This document shows positions 1 to 11,302 of a stretch of 64,000 bases of DNA, piece after piece. The stretch comes from Entomortierella parvispora E1425 (lineage: Eukaryota > Fungi > Mortierellomycota), in assembly GCA_020891255.1 (NCBI GenBank), contig BQFW01000002.1, positions 2,852,001 to 2,916,000 of the forward strand, in the 5' to 3' direction. Both the position numbers and the translations under genes were made by a program. Position 1 is the first letter of the stretch. Every line of letters begins with the position of its first letter. The notes under the pieces were generated by a model that worked only from the letters and a program-made list of their open reading frames with translations, did not search any database and was not told the DNA's origin.

Positions 1-3000
1 AAGTCATCTTGTGGGATATCATCCAGGGCGTCAAGTTGAAGAGCTGGACTTATCCAGACCACGAGTTTTTAGATGGCCGATTTTCACCGGATGGCCTCAT
101 GTTTGCAGTGACGGACCAGGAGGGCAAGTGCATACTGTTTGGAGCTGGAAGAAACCCTGACGACTACAAGGATGCACGAATGTTTGTGGAACAGACCTTC
201 TGGAGTGACTATGCTGGAGTCCGATACGATGCCGACTACAATGTTGTTGACGATGTCACTCAGATTGCCCCTCACCTCATGGACCGGACGCCCATCCTGG
301 ACACCAATGGCCGTGACTATGCTCGTCAAAAAGGACCACGGTATGGACTTGATCTTCCTGTGGAACCTCCATCAGGTGTTCTGGAGCACGAGGAGGCCTC
401 AAAGCTGGAATTACTGGAACAAGAACTCGAGAATCTGGCCGAGCAGACCCTCACAGTCCTGCCCACCACGGACAAGAAGTCGCTTTACAAACGAAGACGT
501 GAATTCATTCTCGAGGAAGATGAGGATGATGATGACCCGATGACGACAGAGGTCCCGATTGTACCTCTGCCAAACGACTCCAGTGGCGAAGAATATGCAG
601 GAGGTGCAGCATCTGCCTCGTCTTCGTCTGAAAGTGACGACGAAGACGATAGCGATGTGGTGCCAGGCGACGAAAATATACCCCTGAGATCAATGATCAA
701 TGACGACGACGATGATGACGACGAGTACTTTTCAGGCGGAGGCGGTGGATCTTCTCGAAAACGGCGAGCCCCCGGGTCAGCTGGCACGCCAAGAAAGAGG
801 CGCACTGGCGGCAGGACATCTGGACGAACGAGAAAAAGACCACGTATGTTGGATGATGACGATGACGAAGATGACGATGACCTTGATCTGGATGAGGTGG
901 ACGACTTTAGTGAAGAGAGTGACGACTATGATGCCCCTCGAACACCACGGTCAAAGAAGAGCAATGGTCGTGCGGGCAACAATCGTCTGCCCTCTGGAAG
1001 CAAGAGTCAGAGAAGTGCTCGACCAAAATCGTTTACCAACGACGACTACCCGAGCGACGAAATTCAAGAAGACTCTGACAATGATGAGGCTGAGGATGGT
1101 TACTCTGGAAGTTCCATCGGTGGCTCCAATTCTGCGATCTTGCATTCGGATTCGGCTCCCTCCGTACCGCCATCACCCAAGCGAAAGAAGCAATGGCGCG
1201 GCAATGGTAGGAAGAAGGGCAAGGCGGTATTGCGTGATGAAAAAACAATGGAGCTGCAGCGATGGTTGCCAAGCGATTGGATCAAAACGAATGCCCCCCG
1301 CAAAACGCCATATCATCCTCAGGTAAGATTTACTTTTCGTGAATATCTTCCGTCCTGAGCTTGGGTCGTTTTAATGGCGATACTAATGATTTATATATTA
1401 TGTTTAGATTGGAGACTATGTTGCATACCTTCGCCAAGGTCATAGTCTTTACGTTAAGGAAACACCCCTGCGACAGAAACTGGACCTCAAGGTTGTACCT
1501 TTTACAAAGGACCCGAATCTGCCGTGGGTGACATTCGGTCGAGTCTCACGGATCACATACAATGTTGGCCCTCCGACATGGTGTACCATCACATTGGAGG
1601 AGCAGATCCTCGATTCTGCGTGGGGCTACCCTCCCAACCCTCAATTTTCTCCTTCGCGCAGGCGCTTTGAGATTGAATTCCACGACCTGGGAGACGTTCC
1701 AGACTTTATTATCCTGTATTCCGTTTTCCAGAGTGGAATCAATGCGCAATACTCTGCTGGGGAGCAAATTTGGGCCTCCTTTGATGGAATATCCTACTCT
1801 GGAACCATCACTGCTCAAGTGGTTGACGATCCTTCCCTTCCCGATTCACTCTGGATGGCCTTTGAAGTTGCCTGGTATGTCGACTCTGGCTTTGTGTGTC
1901 AGTGCTCGCTTTTTTATTATTCGGATGTTTACTGAAACAACCTTGCTGTTTTGATTTGTAGGCCAATGGCAGAAACTACCAACCTCTCCCCCTGGGAAAT
2001 GCAGCGTGAGGAAGAGGAAGAGGAAGATCTTTCGAACCAGGAGTCCATCCCTGAAGAAGGTAAGGATGACCAGTGTTGCCACTTGACATTCATCATACCA
2101 AATATCAAGCACAATTGCTAACTCTTTCCGCCTACGACTATGTAGAATATGCTCGGATCCACGAGATAATGCAGCACTTTTTGCAGATGGACGAGTTCCA
2201 AATTTTCAGATACCCAGTGGATTTTGAGGCTTATCCGGACTATTGCAAGGCCGTTGCCTATCCAATTTGCCTGGACTCCATACAAGAACGACTTGCAAAT
2301 GGATTTTATCGTCGGTCAAGGGTAAGTGACTTTAGATACCTGCTGCAGAGGCTGACTTCAAGTGCCTGTCTAATCAACGCACTCTATTTTCTGCATGTAA
2401 TCATAGGCCGTGCAATTCGATGTGGAGCTCATGGAGAAGAATGCCTTGACCTACAACGATCCAAAGAGTGGAATCGCTCTTTTTGCCAAACATTTGACTC
2501 GAATTTATAAAGCTTCGGTCGCTAGTACGTTTCAAGAGATGCACCACGACAGCTGTGCAACAAACACGAAAACACTTTTGCTGATGCTCTTGTTTATATT
2601 TTTAACCTATTAGATCCCTCAAAGGTCCTTCCAACAGAAATTCACGTCAAAACAACAAGAAGACATGAAGATGACGAGTTTGATGGATCAGGGAGCGAAA
2701 ACGAACAAGTGGATGTCGACTCTGAACCAGAACTGGATCCAATTTTGGAAGCCGAAGCCATTCGCGATGATGATGCTGAGGATGACTTTTTGGTGTAAGT
2801 GGGATCCATTGTACTGGAAAGTAGCAATATTTGAAGCTCTACTGGGATACCTTTTCTGACTCTGTGTATCTTTTCATTGACTATTTCTAGAAGCGATGAT
2901 TCTGAAGATGGAAATGGCAGTTCGCACTCTCGGTCCAAGAGACGTGCGACTCGCAAGACTTCCCGAAGAACCAAAGCCAGTCCGTTCTCGCCCGCAAGAT

Positions 3001-3350
3001 CCAGTGGAGGATCCAGGTCGCGCCAAAACAGTGGATCAACCAGGGGCAAAGGACGAAAGAAGGTTGCTGACGATGGATCGGACGATGATGACGATGATGG
3101 AGAGTGGGGCAGACCCAGCAACGGACGCGCTCAAAATGGAAGTCAGGGCAGCCATAGTCGACCTCGTCGCGGTAAGGCATCCTCCAAGAGAAAGGGTGAT
3201 AGTGATGATTTCCAAGAGGAGGACGACGATGAAGAGGAAGAGCAAGACACTGAGGATGACTACAGAGAAGAACCTCCTTCGGCTCCAGTATCACGGAGCA
3301 AGCGCAAGAAGACTCGGATTGTTGAAAGCGACGATGACTTTGTATCATAG
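1..3350 (+). CDS. PHIP/BRWD-like WD40-repeat and bromodomain protein, multi-exon, 5' end outside the window
   Basis: End of a WD40 region (VILWDIIQG...FLDGRFSPDGLMFAVTD) and an acidic/basic linker. Across the intron 1323-1408 the frame reads PYHPQ|IGDYVAYLRQGH, the motif characteristic of PHIP/BRWD proteins. Then a Tudor-like segment (...SLWMAFEVAW|PMAETTNLSPWEM) and a bromodomain (FRYPVDFEAYPDYCKAVAYPICLDSIQERLANGFYR...NALTYN). GT-AG introns near 1875, 2059, 2322, 2526 and 2796; stop at 3350. Confidence 0.8.
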
Positions 3351-3430
3351 CACCCGTATACATCTCGCATACAGCGTCTGTCACCAAAAGACAACATCAC
3401 GTGGTTAATTTCCATGTTTACGGTTTCAGT

Positions 3431-3456
3431 AATTTAGGATAAAAATTTAGGATAAA
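3431..3456. repeat. 13-bp perfect tandem duplication AATTTAGGATAAA x2
   Basis: 3431-3443 and 3444-3456 are identical. Confidence 0.9.
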
Positions 3457-3466
3457 ACTATTCACC

Positions 3467-3550
3467 TTACCACTGTAGCCTCGTTCGAGGAGTAGCACTT
3501 GATCCGCCTCGGATTGTGCTACGTGTTTGGTGGGGTCCAGAAGCTGGCTG
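3467..3550 (-). ncRNA. Candidate Fanzor omegaRNA (fRNA) scaffold overlapping the 3' end of the ORF; guide expected to lie toward lower coordinates
   Basis: Three adjacent inverted repeats: 3479-3490 (CCTC/GAGG), 3492-3522 (GTAGCAC/GTGCTAC enclosing ATCCG/CGGAT) and 3537-3547 (CCAG/CTGG). They lie in the low-complexity C-terminal tail just after RuvC-III, where TnpB/Fanzor RNAs are known to lie. No expression evidence. Confidence 0.45.
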
Positions 3551-6500
3551 GTGTTGATCGAATTTTTTTTCTGGTGCAAGATATGGGCGGAATGGCGCCA
3601 AGGGGATCCTGTCGTCATCCTTGATCGCAGAATATCCTGATATTCCTATGCATACACAGGCTTGTGTGTCTCGCGGCCGAGTCGTGTAGCCGTTCTTGTA
3701 GGCAGGACATGCCGTGTTGAAACAGACTTTGGATCCGTTCACTGTTACTGTGTTGATGGTCCTGCCCTTTTCTGACCCCACAATTCGCCTTGAACGCGCC
3801 GAGTGGGTTTTCTCCAAGCAGAAGCAGCACCGCTGCGTTGACATGTACTCATCCGTGACTACAACAGTCCCGACCTGACGATGTTGCTTCCTGATGCTCT
3901 TACCACCTAGGCGATAATGGCCACCAATCCTGGATCCAACACCAGTGCCAGCGGCACCCATAAATATCACATGGCGGACGACTGGGGTTGTCTTGACACA
4001 ATGCGTAGGATGCTTATATGGAGCCGCGATCCTGGACTTGGATATCTCGATGCAACAACAATTGGAGCAATAGCCAGAAGCTATGTCCACGCTTGGTTCA
4101 CCACGTTTGTCTTCGGCCAATTTGTTGATGGTGTACTCCGCAGATTTTGCTCGCAAATTGCTTGCGACTTTAGCCCAGGCCCGTTTGGTCCGATGCCTAC
4201 AGGTACGACGGAGTTTCACAAGATCACGATCCCTGTTCAGCTCTCGTAGGCTGTTGTTTTCAGCAACCGAGTCGCGGATCTTGATGGCAATCTGGACGGA
4301 TTCGATGGTTGAGGCCGTAGCAAGAGATGCATCTGGATCCGAAAGTTTCTCCAGATCCGCCTTGGCTTGTTTGTGCTTGTCGGTCTCGAGCAAGCGCTCC
4401 CGTTTCCGACGAAGTTTGCGGCCAAAAGAAATGTCCTCTACTTGACGTGCTGTTATTCGATGAGCCTTCGGGAGTTTCATCTCTTGTGTGGCTCTTTTTG
4501 CTTGAATGCGCCTCTCCTTCGTCCAAGGCTCAGTAGTAATGTCAACCAGCTCCTCCTCTTGCTTAGAATAGTGCTCCTCCGGCGCAGCATGTTCAGTAGG
4601 CAAAAAAAGCTCCTCCGTTGTATCAAGATCTACATGCAGGACATGAAAGATAGTTATTAGCATCAGGATTAACAATGTGTCAAAAACATTTGGACTACGG
4701 CTAATAATTTTGTAGAACTTACCTGCAAAAACTTGGAAACGGTTCATTGACTTTTCAATTCCCTCCACTGTCAAAAAGACGTTCTCCGACATCACTCGTA
4801 CGCCAGGGTCCTCGCTACATATCGCCACAACCTGGATCCGTTTGGACCCTGGTAATGGTTTGAGATGTTGGTCAAATATTGGCTTGAGGTCCAATCGTTG
4901 CGGCATGTCCTCTGCTTGCGGCCATTCCCAAGAAGGAGAGGTATGGCAAGGGTCCGTTTTTCTTGCCTTCAATTTCTTCTTCGGGTTATCCTTTGGCGCC
5001 TTTCGCTTTGCTATGGCCAGCAGTCGGTTCCAATAGTAGAGCTCTTTTTTGGCACGATCCCAGGCCATATCCAGCTGACTAAACCTCCTTTCCTTGATCC
5101 TAAGTATTGCCTGTTGTGCCTTGAGTTCAGACATTTGTTGTTTTTTCAAGGTGATGTTGCTCTCATTGTTGCTGATGGTCCAAGGGATTGCCCTGATGCC
5201 ACTATTCAACGCGTTGCATTCTTTCCGAAGAGCAGCAAGCTCCTTGCGAGGGCCTTCCCGTTCCTTTGCCGTAAGCTCAACTTGTTTCGTGGCCAGTTCA
5301 ACCTGATGCTCGACATCGTCCTTGGACATGCCTCTGCTTTCGAATTCCTTCCGCCAATGTGCATTTCTTCCGTTTTTTAAGCCTGAGCCCGCCTTCTTGC
5401 TTTCTTCGAACGCGCTATGGACAGGATGACGGGTATCGGACTTGGTCGTCTGCGGTCCCGATAAGTTGAGAGTATATTGGTCCACAAAGGTCATCCTACA
5501 CAGTTTTTCAGATACGGACATCAGCTTTTTTTCCTCGTCTAAACTCAACTGTTGCTCATAACAGTGCATGAGGTGTGTACATACCGCATGCCAAACGTAA
5601 ACCCATGTCTCTTGCATATGCCTTCAATTTTCTCGATGTCGAAAATGTTTGCAAACACTACCCGCTTTGCATTGAATGACGCAGTGCAGTCAGCAACGTT
5701 GGTCATGATGCCGGTTGCACCATGTAGGTCATATCGGCCGGCGCTCTCTCCACTTAGCACTTGGTAGAGATGACCAGCGCCCAGCTGTAAACCGTGGATC
5801 TTTCCCGAGGAGATAGAGGGAGAGAGTCGTCTGGTGAACTCCGTTTGGCCCAACAACCGCAGCACCGCGTTGGAGATGAGTACAATTGGAGCGCGCAGGA
5901 CAACGTGTGGGGTATGATGACGATAATCCTCATCTTCAGCATCCCTCCAGCGGCGAGGAACATAGGGTCGCAGAAAATTAATGATCTTCTGTGCGACAAG
6001 GAGTTGCCGTTCAGTAAAGGAGGTTCCTTTGTATAACGAGTCCTTGATGTGATCCATGCTGAACGTTGGGGTCGGTAACGGGGACTCGAGCAACGTCCTG
6101 ACGACGGTCTGCAGACGCCGAAGGGTCTTTCGACTCGGTTCCTTCTCCTTGAGGTCAGAGTTGAGAGTAATCGGACTACTTTGACTTGCATCATCTACAT
6201 CCATGACCCACTCCGTATCGAGTTCGTCCGCGAAGGCTTGACTCTCAAGGAGGCACATATCGAGATCATCGTCTGAAGAATCCTCCTCCGAGAACATGTC
6301 TTCCATATTCTCATCATAGGCCAGGTCAACATCCGACGCTGAAAGTCCAGCCTCAGAGATCCTCTGAAATGACTTTTTGGATTCTTTGTCGGCTTCTGGC
6401 GGCTTTGTATCGTAGAGGGCCTTGAGCGGAGCAACAAAGTGATGAAGCTGATCGGTGCGACCACTCGAGTAATATTTCGCAACTTTGTTCAGAAGCTTGC

Positions 6501-8584
6501 TCATGGAGTGACGCCAGTGCGATCGACTTGGTTTGTCCGAGCTGGAGTCTTTGGTGGCCTTTTGCTCGTTCTTTTTCTTGACTGCACTTGACTTCCGCGC
6601 CTTATGTGCCGCCATTCGATCCGGGGCCAACCAAGCCGATAAAAGATAGCGCAGGAGATAATCAAGAGCTTTTTCATAAATCTTCCCTTCCCACAAGTTA
6701 CTGATGGCGGTTGCGCATTGACGAGTATGAGCCTCGACAACTTTGGAGTACCGGTCTTTGTGGGGGGCGATCAGACCCGGGACCTTACTGTCGATGGTCT
6801 TTGCCAACTCTAGCCATTTCGTATGATTGCCAGACTCCTTCGCTAGCCAAGTTTTTCTGCGAGCTATTGGATCCTTTTTGAACTGTGTGTAGAGTTGGCT
6901 CAGGTGGTTTTGTGATAAAACGTTGCGGATGTCGCTATGGAGACTAGAGTTCTTGTTTTCGATGTCACTCTGCAGTGCGACTATTGGTGCCACGTTAAGT
7001 ATCCTTTGTTCAGGCGGGATGATGCATTCTGATGGTAAAATATCGCCCAGGCATAGGGTACCCTGTTGCCCTGAGAAGACACCGCCTGCTATCTGCAATT
7101 CAATAACAGATGAAGAGTATCAGCATCAACTTCGATATATGTAGTACAGTGCTACAACGTCAGACTCTGACATCCAGATTCAACTCACCAGGATCGTTCC
7201 AACTTGTGCCAGGAGGTAAAGCGACTGTTCAACGTCCGTTAAGTGATCCTGTGCTTCTTGAAGAAGACTAATAATTCTGCTAAAGTCTTCGTGGTTCGAA
7301 AGACCGGGATGAAGGGCTTGCTTCATTGTGACCGTACATGTTCGCCATTCCTCAGTGTTCTCGTCATCGTCCGCAGTGTTGGGATCAGGTTCCCTTCCTT
7401 CATCTGGACCACATTCCTTTCTCTTCTTTCCTTTTTCAGCCTGAAGTTGGTTGTCTGCCAGACTCTGCTCGGAATTTGTCCAGATTTCGTCAAACTGTCT
7501 TTTGAACAACCTCGCACCAAACACGAAGATTGTTGTTGCTGGTAGCTGCAGTGATGTCGCTGACGACCTGCATACGCGTCAAAGACTGGTTCCTTTGTTC
7601 GATGTATAAAGCAGCGGCATCGCTTAGGGGACCTCTTGGAAGACTCTTTAGATTGGAAAGTCGGGTTTTGAACTCTTCCTTCCCTTCGTGGTCTCTTTCT
7701 TGATGCTTTCGCAGATATGGTCATCAATTTTTTTCTTCAAATGCTCGATACTAAGAGATACAAACATGAACAACGTGCAGTCAGTCATTAAAAGTCTTTT
7801 TGTGAAATCACCCGCATAAGCTTCAGCATCAGTATCAGTCTTACCAAGACATTTCCAAAAATTCCAGTAACTCAGCCTTCCTAGTGTCGTCGGCACCACT
7901 CCTTTTGATACGTAGTCTTTTGTTGGCCCGGAAAGTTGCCATGTTTGTGGGTAATATAACAGCATTGGATGAAGACATTTCTTCGATTGGTTGCGGTAAG
8001 GCCAACTCGCTCGCAGGAGCAACAGCTAGTTCCTCCAACATGTCTACTGTGTCCACTGGAGCGAGGGCCAGAAATTCGGAAAACTTAAGGTAGGAATCCA
8101 CTCTGTGAAAGATTCCACAGATTGAGGGTGGAGACGATGCCTCTGTCCTGGGAGAGAATGTCCTCGGTGCACCTCGGCAGGAAAACAAAAAGATATTGCA
8201 GTTGAGTCTGTCTGCCAGGTAGACAAGCAAGAGTTGCGTTCTTGTGGGGACGATCATAGTCGAGTTGGTGCTGTTGACTGTAAGATGCAAGTCGTACTTC
8301 CCTCCTGGCCTCAGAAAATGTTGGATTATGAAGTGGGCTAAGGAGTTGTTTGGGTCTGCAGGATTGACATCAACACGGAGTCCGCAGCTTCGAAGAGCTA
8401 GCAAAGCTTTCTCAGTCTGTTCTCTACAAGATTGTAGTCTGATGTCCTTGGCGGCATTTTCCAGACGAAGTCTAAAGTCGGATGGCGGCAGAGACCAGGA
8501 AGACCGGCGACTTTTGACAAGCTCGGTGAAGCTTTGAGGTGGGTCGGTACCAGGGCGCGCGACAATGTTGAATGAGAATGTCAT
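3467..8584 (-). CDS. Fanzor (Fanzor1-type, TnpB-related RNA-guided endonuclease), five exons, ~1,580 codons, with two compensating 1-nt frame breaks in exon 2
   Basis: Exons 8584-7845, 7750-7189, 7092-5585, 5495-4723 and 4629-3467, all with GT-AG introns of 89-96 nt; summed length 4746 nt = 1582 codons. RuvC-I VAICSEDPG (D at 4808-4810). Rearranged RuvC-II TDEYMST (E at 3848-3850) directly before the Zn finger CCFC...CFNTACP. RuvC-III RPRDTQA (D at 3668-3670). Also GAAGTGVGSRIGGH upstream of RuvC-II. Confidence 0.85.
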
Positions 8585-9191
8585 GGCGATGGTATAAATG
8601 GTTGCTGATCTGGACGAGGTTCGAGTCGAGCGAGTGAATAGGTGCAATGTATGACTGACTGACTGAATGAATGAATGAGAGAGGGGTGAAAGCAGTGGAA
8701 TGGAGCCAAGGACGCGTTTTTACGTGGTCGTGGATGGATTTGGCTGACTCCTGAGCCACCACTCAAAAAATTGACTTTCTTCTCTCCTGATTTTTTCAGA
8801 GTGAGATTAATGTACTCTCAGTTAAGGGTCTGTAACACACACACTTTTATTGCCAATGTCACATTGCGCGCCAACTTCTTTTGTCAAGAGGACATCATAG
8901 TCTTATTTATTGTCTGCAGTCGCTCGAGGGTATGAAGCGTTTGGAGCTTCAAGACCGCTCTTACAAAAGATATTAGATTTTCAAACTATTTGTCGGGACT
9001 AGATGACTTGCACCATAGAAAATAAAGTAAAAAAAGAGAAAAAAAAAAAGGCATAGCGCAATTTGTAAGCATCCGGCAATTGCTCTCAAACCAGTGGGAG
9101 CCGGGATGCATCATCGATTTCCCCTCCACGGTTTCTCTTTTTCTCTCTTCTTCATTCTGTTTACTTGTTCACTCTCCGTTCCTCACCTCAC

Positions 9192-10677
9192 ATGCTCCAT
9201 CGCCCATTGCGTGCATTCAACCCCATCGCGCTGAATCTTGGTCGCTTTTCTCAGTCTCCATCTCTTCTCAATCGCCATCGCGCTGCTCTAGTCGCCCTTC
9301 CTTCCATTTCTCACAAACACTTTTTCCACGCAAAGACCACCCCCATGTCTGCCTACCAACAAAAGACGTTCCACGGCTATGCTGAGGAAGAGTTCCGTAT
9401 CAAGCAGGACGTTGTGCCTGGCACCTACCTTGGACCGATCGACAACACCAAGCCAGGAGCAGACAAGGTCCCTATCCTCTTCCAGCCCTTCCATATCAAG
9501 GACCTGACGATGGCCAACAGGATCGTGGTCGCGCCCATGTGCATGTACTCTTCCAAGAACGGATTCATGACCAACTTTCACTTGGCCCACCTTGGATCCT
9601 TTGCGATCCATGGTGCTGGACTGGTCATTGCTGAAGCCAGTGCAGTAGAGCCTAGGTATATCAGCTGTATACCAAAAAGATCTGATCTGATTTCAAATCT
9701 GCCATTGTGTGCTTTGTCGTTTCAAAGATTAATTATTCCTCATATGTGTTTTTCCCGTCTTCGCCTTCCTTTTTCATAGAGGCCGAATCAGCCCACAGGA
9801 TGCAGGCATCTGGGACGATGCACACATCCACAAGATCAAGGAGATTGCAGAATTTGTTCAATCGCAAGGCTCCAAGATGGGTATCCAGCTGGCCCATGCT
9901 GGTCGTAAGGCCTCGATGCGCCCACCTTACTCCAACCCCCCAGACTCTGATTACTGGCGTGAGGATGTGGTTGCGCCCAGTGGAGGCGAGGGTCTGAAAT
10001 GGGACCAGACCTTTGTCACCCCTCGAGAGCTCGCCGTGGAGGAAATCCAGCAGGTGGTGCGAGCCTTTGGTAAGGCCGCCGCCAGAGCGGCCAAGGCCGG
10101 ATTGGACATGGTTGAGATCCATGGTGCCCATGGATACTTGATTCACAACTTTTTGTCCCCGGTGACCAACAAGAGAACTGACCAGTACGGTGGATCGCTC
10201 GAGAATCGTGCTCGTATTCTGATGGAAGTGATCCGGGAAGTCCGGGCCAACTTCCCAGCGGAAAAGCCCATCTTTTTGAGAGTATCGGCCTCGGATCTGG
10301 TGGAAGGTGTGTTGGAGGGGCCCTCTTGGGACATTGAGCAAACGGTTCAGATTGCAAAGTGGGTCAAGGAAGCCGGAGTGGATGTTTTCCATGTCTCGTC
10401 GGGTGGTAATGTAGCGCAGCAAAAGCTGAACGCCTACCCCGGCTATCAGGTGCCGTTTGCGGAGCAGGTCAAGAAGCAGGTGCCGGGTCTGGCCGTGGTT
10501 GCCGTCGGAATCATCACGGGAGGCAAGCTGGCCGAGGAGGTTTTGGAGTCGGAAAGGGCGGACTTGATTGCGGTTGCCCGTGGTTTCTTGCGTGACCCCA
10601 ACTTTGTGTTGAACGCCGCCAAGGAATTGAACGTGAAGGCAAAGTTCTCGCAGCAATATGAACGTGGCCGTCGCTAG
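9192..10677 (+). CDS. NADH:flavin oxidoreductase / Old Yellow Enzyme family (YqjM-like), two exons
   Basis: [54 protein letters not shown] and [12 protein letters not shown]. Intron ~9656-9779. N-terminal Arg/Ser/Leu-rich presequence-like stretch. Confidence 0.92.
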
Positions 10678-11302
10678 GAGACATCCTGGTCAAGTAAAAA
10701 AGGGAAAAAAAAAAAAAAAGTGAAAAAATACAGAGTTTTCTAGAACTAGCTTGGAGAATAAAGCCCGACCTAGGGGAGTGGCCTTCATTTGTCGATCCGG
10801 GCCTGGAAGGTTGTCTTCCGACGTCCAAAGGGTTTCATGAAGATGAAGGAAGATGAAGACGACCGCAGCCGCCAGCCGCGCAGACGCGTCGTGCGCGTGT
10901 CGAAAAAGGCAATTCTGCATGCTCAGAAGTGTGACTGCCATGGCCGTTGTCGGGTGGGATGAGTGGAGGGAAAAAGAAAATCAAGAAAAAAATGAGGCAA
11001 GCAAAGCAAATCCATAGTTGCACGCACTTGTCTCTCCTTGTCTGTTGGTCTGTTGGTCACTCTGTCTGTCTCTCTTCGTCATCTCATCAACTTGTCTCCT
11101 CATTCACTTCCATCAATACCTCTCATTCTCGTCATTGTCTTCCTCTCTTCCTCTCTTCCCACACTCGAACCACACTCCAACCACACTCCAACCCTCCACG
11201 AAAAGAACCCCTCGAGACTCACTCGCAGTCGGATGTGATAGAGGCCAACATCAATTGCTTAACTTCTCCTGGCTCGCTCGCTCCCTCTTTTCCTTCAAAG
11301 TC

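Larger units (their letters stand above)
3409..8821 (-). mobile_element. Putative Fanzor-carrying non-autonomous element, boundaries tentative
   Basis: The Fanzor gene sits ~55 bp after the BRWD stop codon. GTTAA occurs at 3404-3408 and 8821-8825, a possible TTAA target duplication. A small hairpin lies at 8798-8820. No TIRs or transposase were seen. Confidence 0.3.

Noticed and set aside
9733-10656. 307-aa minus-strand ORF opposite the OYE gene, and similar ones opposite CWH43 (31907-33034, 33116-33934) and the large gene (24030-25286)
   Set aside because: Antisense shadows of strongly codon-biased genes; no domain features.
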